From contig CAZYFY010000005.1 of NCBI GenBank assembly GCA_964647275.1, positions 46,723 to 110,722 of the forward strand: a stretch of 64,000 nucleotides of DNA, written 5' to 3'. This DNA comes from an uncultured Brevundimonas sp. GTDB lineage: Bacteria; Pseudomonadota; Alphaproteobacteria; Caulobacterales; Caulobacteraceae. The notes under the pieces were generated by a model. That model ran no database searches. It saw nothing but the letters and a program-made list of their open reading frames with translations, and was not told where the DNA came from. Positions 1 to 9,378 of the stretch are shown in pieces (within the stretch, counting starts at the first letter, position 1; each line of letters starts with the position of its first letter). A program made the translations under genes and the position numbers.

Positions 1-738
1 CTGCGCGCCCAGGAGGCCGGCTTTGCCTCCTTCACACATGCCCTGCCCGCCGAAACCGACCAGGCCACCCTCGACGCCCTTGTCCAGAGCCTGAATGCCG
101 ACCCTGCGGTCCACGGCATTCTCGTTCAGTTGCCGCTTCCGGCGCATCTGGACACGATGGCTGTCCTGGCTGCCATCAATCCCGACAAGGACGTGGACGG
201 ATTCCACATCGTCAACGCCGGGCGTCTGGCCGTCGGCCTGCCAGGTCTGGTTCCCTGCACACCCTTGGGCTGCCTGATGCTGCTCAAGGCCGAACTCGGC
301 TCTCTTTCGGGTGCCGAAGCCGTGATTGTCGGGCGATCCAACATCGTCGGAAAGCCCATGGCACAGCTCCTTCTCGGCGCGGATTGTACCGTGACGGTCG
401 CGCACTCCCGGACCCGCGATCTTCCCGAGGTGTGTCGCCGGGCGGACATTCTGGTCGCTGCGGTCGGACGTCCAGAGATGATCCGCGGGGCCTGGATCCG
501 TCCGGGGGCGACTGTCATTGATGTCGGCATCAACCGGATTGCACATCCCGATCCGGCCCAGGCGGCAGAGGGCAAGACGCGCGTGGTCGGTGACGTCGCC
601 TTTGAAGAGGCGGTCCAGGTCGCAGGTGCCATTACGCCGGTGCCGGGCGGCGTCGGCCCCATGACCATCGCCTGCCTGCTGGCCAACACCTATACGGCGG
701 CCTGCCGTCAGTCCGGCCTTGAGCCCGAGGTCATCTGA
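1..738 (+). CDS. folD: Bifunctional methylenetetrahydrofolate dehydrogenase/cyclohydrolase FolD, 5'-partial (reading frame is open from base 1)
   Basis: Frame 1 is open from position 1. Translation contains [26 protein letters not shown] and [13 protein letters not shown], typical FolD motifs. Confidence 0.9.
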   Translation: MRAQEAGFASFTHALPAETDQATLDALVQSLNADPAVHGILVQLPLPAHLDTMAVLAAINPDKDVDGFHIVNAGRLAVGLPGLVPCTPLGCLMLLKAELGSLSGAEAVIVGRSNIVGKPMAQLLLGADCTVTVAHSRTRDLPEVCRRADILVAAVGRPEMIRGAWIRPGATVIDVGINRIAHPDPAQAAEGKTRVVGDVAFEEAVQVAGAITPVPGGVGPMTIACLLANTYTAACRQSGLEPEVI

Positions 739-1334
739 TGAGCCGCCGGTTCGCTGCCTGGGTGATTGCCGCGCTGGTCCTTTGTGCCGGACCCGCCACG
801 GCCACGCCGACGCATCCCCATGTGCTCGACAGCACCGGTACCCTGTTTGAAACGACGCGGGATCGACTGGAAGCTGAAAGCGCGGCCATTCAGGCACGTA
901 CCGGCGTCGAGGTCTTTGTCGTCCTTCAGAACAATCTGGCGGGAAAGACCGCCAGGGAAGCGGCCCAGAGCCTGCCTCTGTGGGACCCCTCGCGCGACCA
1001 GATCGTGCTGCTGCTGGCCATGACAGAGCGCCAGGTTCGAATCGAAACCAGCCCCGGGCTGGCGGCGGAATACCCCGACATCGTCTGGGCCACCCTGATC
1101 GAGACGGAAATGCTCCCGGATCTGCGGCGGGGGCGGAACGGCGCAGCCGTTCGATCGGGCATGGACGCCATATCCCAAACCGTGTCGCATGCGGCATCAA
1201 CGCGACCCTCTGTAGCCGTGCGTGGCGACCCACGCGCCTTGCGAGACATGGGCTTTCTGCTCATCGCCGGTCTTTTGGCGGTCTTCTCGTTCAGCGGTTC
1301 GCGCCATCTCAGGATCGCCAGGGGGCGCTGGTGA
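738..1334 (+). CDS. TPM (YgcG-like) domain protein with signal peptide and C-terminal TM helix
   Basis: N-terminal signal-like AAWVIAALVLCAGPATA. Core HVLDSTGTL...AAIQARTGVEVFVV...IVLLLAMTERQVRIETSPG resembles the TPM domain. ATG overlaps the folD stop (TGATG). Confidence 0.65.
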   Translation: MSRRFAAWVIAALVLCAGPATATPTHPHVLDSTGTLFETTRDRLEAESAAIQARTGVEVFVVLQNNLAGKTAREAAQSLPLWDPSRDQIVLLLAMTERQVRIETSPGLAAEYPDIVWATLIETEMLPDLRRGRNGAAVRSGMDAISQTVSHAASTRPSVAVRGDPRALRDMGFLLIAGLLAVFSFSGSRHLRIARGRW

Positions 1335-1888
1335 GCCAGAAACCAGCCCCATCGCCGGACTTCGCTATCCGTACGATTCAGGTCGCCAGCGCGCCGGATC
1401 GTCTGGACATCGCCCTGGGCGTCGCCGCCGCCGCGGCCCTGCTGGCGCCGACCATCTCGCTGTTTCTGGCCACCAGTCCGGCCTGGCTTCCGGGGCTCGG
1501 CTCGGTGTGGCGGGTTGCACATCTCAGCGGCGACACGGGCCTGGATAGCGGGCCCTTCATGGGCGCACTTGCGACCCAGGCAATCATCCTGATCGGCGTT
1601 ACGTTGCTCTGGCGTGCTGTGGCGACCTTCGGGCCACAGTCCGGCTGGTTCCTGCCCAGCCTGCGCGCTGAATGCCAGGCGCGGGAACTGATGGCCGGTG
1701 CCCCGCCTTGCGTGCTCCTCTATGTGGCTGATGCCCAGCGCAGCGTTCGGGTTCTGGCAACGCCCCAGGTCGCGGCCCAGCTTCCCGCCGGGGCGCTGGA
1801 GGCCGCACGTGACGCGCTTCGGTCGGGAATGCAGGCCGGTGATGCCGTATCGGCCTTCGCCTCAGCGCGCGTGGCGCTGAGGGGGTGA
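1331..1888 (+). CDS. Hypothetical membrane protein, possibly TPM-like C-terminal domain
   Basis: GTG at 1331 overlaps the upstream stop (GTGA). Hydrophobic segments are followed by VLLYVADAQRSVRVLATP...DALRSGMQAGD. Only the part of ORF 980..1888 downstream of the TPM gene is taken as real. Confidence 0.45.
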   Translation: MSQKPAPSPDFAIRTIQVASAPDRLDIALGVAAAAALLAPTISLFLATSPAWLPGLGSVWRVAHLSGDTGLDSGPFMGALATQAIILIGVTLLWRAVATFGPQSGWFLPSLRAECQARELMAGAPPCVLLYVADAQRSVRVLATPQVAAQLPAGALEAARDALRSGMQAGDAVSAFASARVALRG

Positions 1889-1951
1889 TCACGATGGCTT
1901 GCAGTCCTTGGCCTCGTTTTTGCCGTTACGACGGCTAGTCTCCAGCGACCC

Positions 1952-2695
1952 ATGCCCCGCTTACTCACCTACAATGTCCACCGGTGTGTTGGTGTTGATC
2001 GCCGGCTCGACGTCGCGCGGATTGCCGACGTCATTGCCGAGTTTGAGCCGGATATTGTCTGCCTGCAGGAGCTCGACGTCGGGCGGGCGCGTACCGGTCA
2101 TGTGGATCAGGCCCACGCCCTGGCCTCGCTGCTCGGCATGCGCTCGCATTTTCATCCGGCCTTTCAGGTCGAGGAAGAGCTCTACGGCGACGCCATTCTG
2201 ACGGCCCTGCCGGAACGCCGGATCAAGGCGGCCGCCCTTCCGACGATCACCGGTATTCCGGGTCTTGAGCCACGTGGGGCCATCTGGATTGAAGTCATGA
2301 TCGACGGCGCGCCGCTCCAGGTCATCAACACCCACCTCGGCCTCGTCCCGCGCGAGCAGCGCCGCCAGGCCCAGACCCTGGCCGGCCCGGACTGGCTAGG
2401 ACACCCCCAATGCCAGGGGGCCGCCGTGCTCGTCGGGGACCTGAACTGTACCTCCCTTTCGCGGCCCTACGGCATACTCGCCGCGCGGCTGGGTGACGCC
2501 CAGCGACGGGCGAACCTCCCGCGCACCATCAAGACCTTCCCATCTGCGCTGCCGACGCTCCGCATCGACCATTGTTTCGTCAGCGACGGCATCTCCGTTC
2601 GGTCGATACAGGCTCCCTTCCATCCCCTGGCCCGGATGGCGTCAGACCACCTTCCGCTTGTGGTGGATTTTGATCTGATTTCCGCACCAGGCTGA
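1952..2695 (+). CDS. Endonuclease/exonuclease/phosphatase (EEP) family protein
   Basis: LLTYNVHRCVG...PDIVCLQELD...VINTHLGL...VLVGDLN...SDHLPLVVDF, the EEP motif series. Confidence 0.8.
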   Translation: MPRLLTYNVHRCVGVDRRLDVARIADVIAEFEPDIVCLQELDVGRARTGHVDQAHALASLLGMRSHFHPAFQVEEELYGDAILTALPERRIKAAALPTITGIPGLEPRGAIWIEVMIDGAPLQVINTHLGLVPREQRRQAQTLAGPDWLGHPQCQGAAVLVGDLNCTSLSRPYGILAARLGDAQRRANLPRTIKTFPSALPTLRIDHCFVSDGISVRSIQAPFHPLARMASDHLPLVVDFDLISAPG

Positions 2696-2805
2696 CGTCT
2701 GGTGCCGGTGCGTCAAATCGCACATCGTTCTCCGGTCGAACAATGTTGCGTCAGGGTTCGGATGGGCTCATAAGCACCCAGGGCTCGGGCAACAGGGGGG
2801 CAAGA

Positions 2806-2982
2806 ATGCAGTCATTCATTGAGTTCCTCATTGGCCTGATGGCGATTCTGATCACCGCCATCCTTTCCCAATTGGGCATGGATCCTGAGCCCCGGCGCGA
2901 ATCCCCCCGGGAAATCCATCGAACGGCAGATTGCGGCGAACCTGCCGTCCTGGCGATTTCCACCGCGAATCAGGACTGCTGA
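2806..2982 (+). CDS. Small hypothetical membrane protein (58 aa)
   Basis: ATG at 2806 preceded by a G-rich SD-like run. One clear TM helix, FIEFLIGLMAILITAILSQLG. No recognisable family. Confidence 0.25.
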   Translation: MQSFIEFLIGLMAILITAILSQLGMDPEPRRESPREIHRTADCGEPAVLAISTANQDC

Positions 2983-3071
2983 CGCCAAGGCGGCTTTGAA
3001 CGCGCGCCCTGACCGGTTAATGGTTCCTTTCGGTGCCGCTAGATCCACCTGCACCGGACCAGGGGCCGAAA

Positions 3072-5441
3072 ATGAAGTCACGATCCAGATCGTCGAGCAA
3101 GACTGCGCAGCGCGAGCAGACCGCCGAGGTCGCTGTTGCCCAGTTGGTCGAGGAATCGGAGACCACCGCCCTCGTCGCTGAAGAGCCTACTGATGAGCCG
3201 GTTGCCGTGACCGAAGACGTGCCCACGGTGGCCGCGCCCAATCTTCCGAGCCCCGTGTCCGTGCGGAATCAGGATGCCCGGGCCGCCTATCCGCTTGCCA
3301 TTATCGCTGCCCTGCTCTGGATCGGTGGCGTGGCGTCCTATGCGGCCTACCAGGTCGGCGGAGGCCAGCTTCAACTGGACCCGGCCGCAGGCGCGCTTTT
3401 GACACTGGTGGCGCTGGCACCGGCCGGGTTGGTTCTCGTGGTCGCCTACCTCATGCGCCAGGCCGCCGCCCTGGCCGCCGAGGTGCGCCGCGCGCGCTCC
3501 ATGGCCGATCGGCTAGGCTTGCCGACCGGTGTGGCGGCACAAGAGTCTGACCAGGTCCTACTAGGCCTGAGCGCCGGTATCGACAGATCAACCCAGGCCG
3601 CCGAGACGGCCCGGACGGAACTGGCCGCGCTGCGTGCCGCCATGGAAGAAGAGACGCGCCGGCTCAACGAAGCCGCCGACCTGGCCCAGCGCACGGCGCG
3701 ACGTCTGGCCGAGCAGCTCTCGCGTGAGCGAGAGGGCATGACCGAGCTGGGCTCTCGCCTGGAAGCCCAGACCCAGGGCGTCATCGAGACGGTCGAACGT
3801 CAGGCCCAGATGGTGGCGGATGCTTCAGATCTCGCTCAGACCCAATTGCGCGAGGCAGAGGCCACCCTGGCCGCCCGCGCTGCTGACATGGCCAATGCTG
3901 CCGGCGGGGCCCAGGATGCAGCGCGCGCCGCAGCCGACGACCTGTCACGCCAGACCATGCGTCTTGAGACGGCAGGCTCCGGGGTCGCCGATCAGATTCG
4001 CTCGGTTGAGGAAGGCCTGTCCGAACAACGCGCCGCCCTCGTCCAGGCTGCATTTGGCCTTCGGCGCGACCAGGAGGACTTTGCCGCTCAGGTCGAGTCC
4101 CAACGCGCGCAGCTGACAGAAACCTTGAACAGCACCCGTGCCACAAGCTCGGAAATGAGCGATAATTCAATGCGTAGTGTTACGGCTCTTCAGGATTTGC
4201 TTGAAGCGGCGACAGATCAGGTCAAGGCGCTCGCCGACATGAGCCAGAACGAGGCCCGCGCCTTCGACGCACGCACCCGCGAAGCCCTCGACCGTTTCGA
4301 GGATCTGGCGGCCCAGGCCCGCGAGAACGCCATTCAGGAGAGCGAGCGCACCCTCTCCGATCTGCAGACGGCCCTTGAAGGCGCGCGCGCGTCGACCGAA
4401 ACGGCCGTGACGGATGCCCAGGGCCGGCTGGATAGCCTGGGCGAAATGGCCTTCGAAGTGGGCCGCGCTGCGGATCAAGCGGCCGACACACGTCTGGCCG
4501 CCGCGCGTCGCATGGTGGAAGAAACAGCCAACCTTGGCGAAGAAGCCGCCAAACGGATCACCGACCGGCTGGAAGAAAACCTGCTGGAAGTTCGCGCCGC
4601 CCTGGCCCACGTCGAAGATGCCATCCGTCAGATCGACGAACGGGCTGCCCGCCTGCCGTCTGAAACCAAGTCACGGGTCGATGAGGTGAAATCCGCCGTC
4701 GAGGCAAGCCTTGAGACCCTGACCGAAGCCTCGCGCCGCGCCGCCGCAGAAACCGAAGCCGCGGACGCCGCCTTCCATGAGCGCGTGAAGCGCAACTACG
4801 ACATGCTGTCCGAAGCCGTCCAGCTGATGGGTGTCGTCTCGGGCGATGGCCCGGCACCGGTCCGTCGCCCGGCTACGAGCCAGGCCTCCCTCGACGATGC
4901 CCCCCTTCGCGGGCCCCTGCGTCTGACGCCGACCTCGCGTGACGAAGAGGTCCGTAAAACCTTCGAGCCGGCCATCGAGACGCCGCAACCAGCCACGGAC
5001 CGGATGTCCTGGAAAGAGCTCCTGGCGGGCACCGATGCGACGGGCTTTGACGATGACGACACCGGCACCATTCAGCATCCATCGGCCGACATTCTTTATG
5101 CCGACCTGACCGGCGGCATTCGGGAAATGGGAATCGACCCGGCGGCTCTGCTTCCGCGCACCCGCGTTGAAGAGGCGGCAAAGGCTCGCGATGCCGGTGA
5201 CACGGCGCGTGCCCGCGACATCGTTCGCCGCGTGGCACCGGCGGCTGTCCGACGGATTTCCCGTCGCGTCATGACCGATCGCCAGATGCGTCAGGATGTC
5301 GACCAGTTCGTCAGCAGCTATGCCGCTATCCTGGCCGATGCCCGCAGTCGCCCGGACGGCCAGGGACCGGGTCAGCTTCTGGCAACCGATGCCGGGCGGA
5401 CGTTCCTGTTGCTCGATGCTGCGGTTGGGGACCTGTCCTAG
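3072..5441 (+). CDS. Large membrane-anchored coiled-coil protein (TipN-like architecture; identity unproven)
   Basis: ATG at 3072 with AGGGG SD. Acidic N-terminus, two hydrophobic helices (LAIIAALLWIGGVASYAAY, LLTLVALAPAGLVLVVAYL), then about 450 aa rich in A/E/R/L/Q with heptad-like character, then a distinct C-terminal region. Confidence 0.6.
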   Translation: MKSRSRSSSKTAQREQTAEVAVAQLVEESETTALVAEEPTDEPVAVTEDVPTVAAPNLPSPVSVRNQDARAAYPLAIIAALLWIGGVASYAAYQVGGGQLQLDPAAGALLTLVALAPAGLVLVVAYLMRQAAALAAEVRRARSMADRLGLPTGVAAQESDQVLLGLSAGIDRSTQAAETARTELAALRAAMEEETRRLNEAADLAQRTARRLAEQLSREREGMTELGSRLEAQTQGVIETVERQAQMVADASDLAQTQLREAEATLAARAADMANAAGGAQDAARAAADDLSRQTMRLETAGSGVADQIRSVEEGLSEQRAALVQAAFGLRRDQEDFAAQVESQRAQLTETLNSTRATSSEMSDNSMRSVTALQDLLEAATDQVKALADMSQNEARAFDARTREALDRFEDLAAQARENAIQESERTLSDLQTALEGARASTETAVTDAQGRLDSLGEMAFEVGRAADQAADTRLAAARRMVEETANLGEEAAKRITDRLEENLLEVRAALAHVEDAIRQIDERAARLPSETKSRVDEVKSAVEASLETLTEASRRAAAETEAADAAFHERVKRNYDMLSEAVQLMGVVSGDGPAPVRRPATSQASLDDAPLRGPLRLTPTSRDEEVRKTFEPAIETPQPATDRMSWKELLAGTDATGFDDDDTGTIQHPSADILYADLTGGIREMGIDPAALLPRTRVEEAAKARDAGDTARARDIVRRVAPAAVRRISRRVMTDRQMRQDVDQFVSSYAAILADARSRPDGQGPGQLLATDAGRTFLLLDAAVGDLS

Positions 5442-6595
5442 GACACCGCCAAGCGTCGGCGCGCTGTGATCACCATTCCCAGCCCAAGCGCCGCGAGCCC
5501 GCTCATCGCCAGATATCCACCCGGCCCGTACAGATCGTACAGCGGGCCCGAAACAACCGTTGCCAGCCCGATCAAGAGCCCGGCCGAAAGGCTGGAGTAG
5601 ATCATCTGGGCAGCGGTCGTCTTGTCGGTTGGCGCAAGCCGTTCGATCAGCTGCATGGCCGCCAGATAGACGGCTGCAAAACTCAGGGCATGCAAGGCCT
5701 GCAATGGCCAAAGCCACGCCAGCGGTGGCTCCATCGCCAGGGCCAGCCAACGAACGATAGCCGCCCCTCCCCCCAGGATCAGAATCGGGATCGGCCCGAT
5801 GCCGAGCCGACGCCGCCAGGGCTCCAACCCCCACATGAGGGCCACCTCGACCACGACGCTGAATCCCCACAGCAGGCCGACATCACGGGTCGATATCCCC
5901 TCTGCACGCCAGATAATGCTGGAAAACCCATAGTAGAACGCATGCGAGGCCTGGATCAGGCTGATGGCCACCACGACGGTCATGAAGCGGCGATCCGACA
6001 TCAGATGGCCAAGCCCGGCAAGGCGGGGGCCGGTATCTACCGTGTCGTTCTCCTGAACCGGCTCGGCGGGTGCCAGGAGCGCAGCGGCGGCCAACAGGAC
6101 GCTGGCCAGAACGACCCACAGGACGATCCGATCCACTTCGCCGGAACGCAACAGCGCACCCATCGCGACATTGGCCACAATGAAAGCCACCGACCCCACG
6201 CCCCTGGGGAGCGAAAAGACAAACCCCTCACGCCGGGCGAGCTTGAGTGTCAGCGCATCGCTGAGTGGGATCAGTGACGCCGCCGCCGTCGCTGCCACGA
6301 ACCACAGCACCAGCCACAGGGCGAAACCCTCGACCAGCGCGCACGCGCCATAGGCCAGCGCCGCGATCAGGGCGAGCCAACTGATGGCCGTCCGGCGAAG
6401 CTGGAAGCTGTCGGCCCAGACCGCCACCAACGGGCCGGTGAACGCCCGCGCCAGCATGGGAGCCGCCAGGATAACGGAAATCTCGGACCCACTCAGCCCC
6501 TGGCTTTCAAACCATAGTCCCGCATAGGGCAGGCTCACCCCCGTCGCGGCAAAGATCAGGGCATAGATCAGGGCGCTGGCGGTGCTGGATCGCAT
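5438..6595 (-). CDS. MFS transporter
   Basis: About 12 hydrophobic segments. N-terminus YALIFAATGVSLPYAGLWFESQGLSGSEISVILAA resembles HcaT/MFS_1-like transporters. Stop overlaps the convergent gene's stop in a CTAG. Confidence 0.7.
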   Translation of the reverse strand: MRSSTASALIYALIFAATGVSLPYAGLWFESQGLSGSEISVILAAPMLARAFTGPLVAVWADSFQLRRTAISWLALIAALAYGACALVEGFALWLVLWFVAATAAASLIPLSDALTLKLARREGFVFSLPRGVGSVAFIVANVAMGALLRSGEVDRIVLWVVLASVLLAAAALLAPAEPVQENDTVDTGPRLAGLGHLMSDRRFMTVVVAISLIQASHAFYYGFSSIIWRAEGISTRDVGLLWGFSVVVEVALMWGLEPWRRRLGIGPIPILILGGGAAIVRWLALAMEPPLAWLWPLQALHALSFAAVYLAAMQLIERLAPTDKTTAAQMIYSSLSAGLLIGLATVVSGPLYDLYGPGGYLAMSGLAALGLGMVITARRRLAVS

Positions 6596-6663
6596 GGCCC
6601 CGCCTTAGCACGACATGCCCGTGACGAAACGCCGAAGTCATTGGCGACATTTCCGATTTGAGG

Positions 6664-6681
6664 GTTGACGTGCGCGTCAAC
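6664..6681. promoter_or_regulatory. Operator-like perfect palindrome GTTGACG-TGCG-CGTCAAC between the divergent MFS and pip genes
   Basis: 7-bp arms read directly from the sequence. It also contains a TTGACG -35-like hexamer. Confidence 0.3.
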
Positions 6682-6700
6682 TCACGGTCCACACAGGGGT

Positions 6701-7672
6701 ATGCAAACTGATCCGTCGAGCCCGCGTCGGGGCCTCTATCCCGAAATCGATTCCTACGCCTCCGGCATGATGCCGACCGGCGGCGTCCATCAGATTTACT
6801 GGGAAGCCTCAGGCAATCCCCGCGGCAAGCCCATGCTGGTTCTCCATGGCGGACCGGGCGGCGCGACCAACCCGGGAATGCGGCGCTACTTCGACCCGTC
6901 GAAGTGGAACATCTTCATGTTTGACCAGCGTGGGTGCGGGCACTCCACGCCCAACGCCGTGCTCGACGACAACGACACCTGGAAGCTGATCGAGGATATC
7001 GAGCGGCTGCGCGAGCAGGCCGGCGTCGAGACGTGGACCGTCTTTGGCGGTTCGTGGGGCTCGACCCTGGCCCTGGCCTACGCCATCACGCACCCGCAAC
7101 GGGTCGAGGCCCTGATCCTTCGTGGCATCTTCCTGCTGACCCCCTCCGAGCTTCACTGGTTCTATCAGCACGGGGCGTCCGAGATTTACCCCGACGCCTG
7201 GGAACGGTTCGTGGCCCCCATTCCGCCGGCGGAACGCGGCGACCTCATGGGAGCCTATTACAAACGTCTGATGGGCGATGACGTCGAAGAGCGTCGTCGG
7301 TGCGCCGTCGCCTGGTCGAGCTGGGAAGGCGAAACCGTCAGCGCCCAGGGCCCGGATTCACGTCCCGACAAATTCGCCGACCCGGATTTCGCCGTCGCCT
7401 TTGCGCGCATCGAAAACTGGTACTTCACCAACAAGGGCTTCCTGGAAGATCCGAATTGGATTGTGAATTCCGTCGACCGAATCCGGAACATCCCGGCCTG
7501 GATCGTTCAGGGGCGGTTCGATGTCGTCACCCCCATGTCCGGCGCCTGGTCCCTGCATCGGGCCTGGCCGGAAGCCCGGTTCGAAGTCATCGGCGATGCC
7601 GGCCACGCGTCCACTGAGCCCGGCATCATTGATGGGCTCATTCGCGCCACGGATGCCGCCGCCAGGCTGTAG
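6701..7672 (+). CDS. pip: Prolyl aminopeptidase (proline iminopeptidase)
   Basis: LYPEIDSY...QIYWEASGNPRGKPMLVLHGGPGG, nucleophile elbow GGSWGSTL, C-terminal GHAS. Start moved to ATG 6701. Confidence 0.85.
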   Translation: MQTDPSSPRRGLYPEIDSYASGMMPTGGVHQIYWEASGNPRGKPMLVLHGGPGGATNPGMRRYFDPSKWNIFMFDQRGCGHSTPNAVLDDNDTWKLIEDIERLREQAGVETWTVFGGSWGSTLALAYAITHPQRVEALILRGIFLLTPSELHWFYQHGASEIYPDAWERFVAPIPPAERGDLMGAYYKRLMGDDVEERRRCAVAWSSWEGETVSAQGPDSRPDKFADPDFAVAFARIENWYFTNKGFLEDPNWIVNSVDRIRNIPAWIVQGRFDVVTPMSGAWSLHRAWPEARFEVIGDAGHASTEPGIIDGLIRATDAAARL

Positions 7673-7683
7673 ACGCCCCCGCC

Positions 7684-8223
7684 CTAGTCGGAGGTTTCCG
7701 GGCTCCTGTCGGCCTGGGTTTTTTCAACGCGTTCCTGAAGGGCAAAGCCAATGCGGCGCGGCGGCTCTTCCGGCTTCTGCTTGGGAACGGCGCTCAGCAA
7801 GACGTTGACCTGCGTATAGTGCTGAACCAACCGGATCGGGCGGCCAACACTGTTGACGCCCATGAACAGGATGAAGTCCGGCCCCCAAAAACCCAGATCG
7901 CGAATGGCGAAGGCCGCATCACCGGGACCGCTGGCCATCAAGGCTCCGATTTCGCTGTCTTCATCCAGCTGTTTCTCGAAGTCCTGAATCAGCCGCGATA
8001 GGCGAACAAAGGCCCACTCAGCCGGGTTCTCTCGCATCCGCAGACCCTCGGCCAGACCCGCTGCATCGTCATGCGTCGTCCAGGCGGTGATCGGCTGAGG
8101 GCAGTCCTCGGTACCTGGCGGGCACGGGGCTTCGGTCGTCGCCGCCGCCGCGGATGGCGCGTCGATCATGTCAGGCTGGGCACCGGCCAGAAGCGTGGTG
8201 GTGGGTTTCTGATGGTCCGTCAT
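7684..8223 (-). CDS. Conserved hypothetical protein, last gene of the mre/mrd operon
   Basis: 179-aa ORF starting 3 nt after the rodA stop on the same strand. No motif I can name. Confidence 0.5.
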   Translation of the reverse strand: MTDHQKPTTTLLAGAQPDMIDAPSAAAATTEAPCPPGTEDCPQPITAWTTHDDAAGLAEGLRMRENPAEWAFVRLSRLIQDFEKQLDEDSEIGALMASGPGDAAFAIRDLGFWGPDFILFMGVNSVGRPIRLVQHYTQVNVLLSAVPKQKPEEPPRRIGFALQERVEKTQADRSPETSD

Positions 8224-8226
8224 TCG

Positions 8227-9378
8227 TCAGATAACGCCTCGGCTCTTGGGCAGTTCAAGATAGCGGTGCACCCGCACGCTCTGGATCAGGCCAAAGCCGA
8301 TCATCACCGTCAGCATGACGGTTCCCCCATAGGAAAGCAGCGGCATGGGCACGCCGACCACGGGAGCCAGACCCATGACCATCGCCCCATTGATCAGCAC
8401 ATAGAGGGCAAAGGTCGCCGTCACCCCCGCGGCGGCGAGGCGCCCAAAGTGATTGTGGCTGAGGCTGGCGATCCTGAGCGAGATGGCGATGATGGCCCCA
8501 TAGATGGCCAGGATAAAAAACGCCCCCAGGAATCCGAACTCTTCGGCCAGGGTCGGAAAGATGAAGTCCGTGTGCTTTTCCGGCAGGAAGTTCAGCTGGC
8601 TCTGACTGCCCAGCCCATAGCCCTTACCCAGCAGCCCGCCCGACCCGATGGCGATCTTGGCCTGGGCGATGTGATAGCCCGCGCCCGATGGATCGGCCTC
8701 AGGGTTCAGCAGCACATCGACCCGCGCCCGCTGATAGTCGTGCAGGACGAAGAAATACATCATCGGTGCCACCACCAGGATGCCGGCAATGCCGGTCAGA
8801 ACGATGCGCCAGCTCAGGCCCGCCGCAAACATGATGGCAACGCCGGTAAAGAGGATCAGCAGGCTGGTCCCGAGGTCGGGCTGATGGGCCACAAGAACCA
8901 CAGGCACGGCAATCATCAGGGCTGGAATTATCAACTTCCAGTGCCACTTGGCCTCTTGTGCTGAGGCACCGTGGTACCATCGCGCCAGCGCCAGCACGAT
9001 GCCGAGCTTCATGATTTCCGAGGGTTGGAGACTGGTGAATCCAAGATCGAGCCAGCGCGTCGCCCCCATGCGGGTTTCCCCGAACAGTTCCACAGCAAGC
9101 AGCAACAACAGGCCCACGGCATAGAGGGGATAGGCCGCCGCATACCACCAACGGATATCGACCAGCGCCAGGCCGAGCATAACGACAAACACGGCACCGA
9201 ACCGGATCAGGTGGTTGCCGGCCCAGGGAGCCCAGCTCTCACCGGCCACCGAATAGAGCATCATCGCCCCGGCTCCGCCGATCAGAGCGATCAGCCCGGC
9301 CAGGCGCCAGTCAATCTGGCTCAATTTGACAGGAAGGCGGTCCCGTTCACCGGGACGGCTGATGGCGGAGGCGGTCAT
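8227..9378 (-). CDS. rodA: Rod shape-determining protein RodA (SEDS family peptidoglycan polymerase)
   Basis: FtsW/RodA/SpoVE-type polytopic protein (QPSEIMKL, PEKHTDFIF, LSYGGT). 4-nt overlap with upstream mrdA. Confidence 0.9.
   Translation of the reverse strand: MTASAISRPGERDRLPVKLSQIDWRLAGLIALIGGAGAMMLYSVAGESWAPWAGNHLIRFGAVFVVMLGLALVDIRWWYAAAYPLYAVGLLLLLAVELFGETRMGATRWLDLGFTSLQPSEIMKLGIVLALARWYHGASAQEAKWHWKLIIPALMIAVPVVLVAHQPDLGTSLLILFTGVAIMFAAGLSWRIVLTGIAGILVVAPMMYFFVLHDYQRARVDVLLNPEADPSGAGYHIAQAKIAIGSGGLLGKGYGLGSQSQLNFLPEKHTDFIFPTLAEEFGFLGAFFILAIYGAIIAISLRIASLSHNHFGRLAAAGVTATFALYVLINGAMVMGLAPVVGVPMPLLSYGGTVMLTVMIGFGLIQSVRVHRYLELPKSRGVI

Noticed and set aside
1036-1046. GGTTCGAATCG, a tRNA T-loop-like motif
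   Set aside because: It lies inside the TPM-domain coding frame, and no acceptor or anticodon stems can be drawn around it.
4671-5870. 399-aa minus-strand ORF spanning the end of the coiled-coil gene and the MFS gene
   Set aside because: It lies antisense or out of frame to two well-supported genes. The composition is Arg/Gly/Ala-rich with no motifs. This is a typical high-GC shadow ORF.
8071-8964. 297-aa plus-strand ORF over rodA
   Set aside because: It is antisense to rodA, with a His/Arg/Gly/Asp-rich nonsense-like composition.
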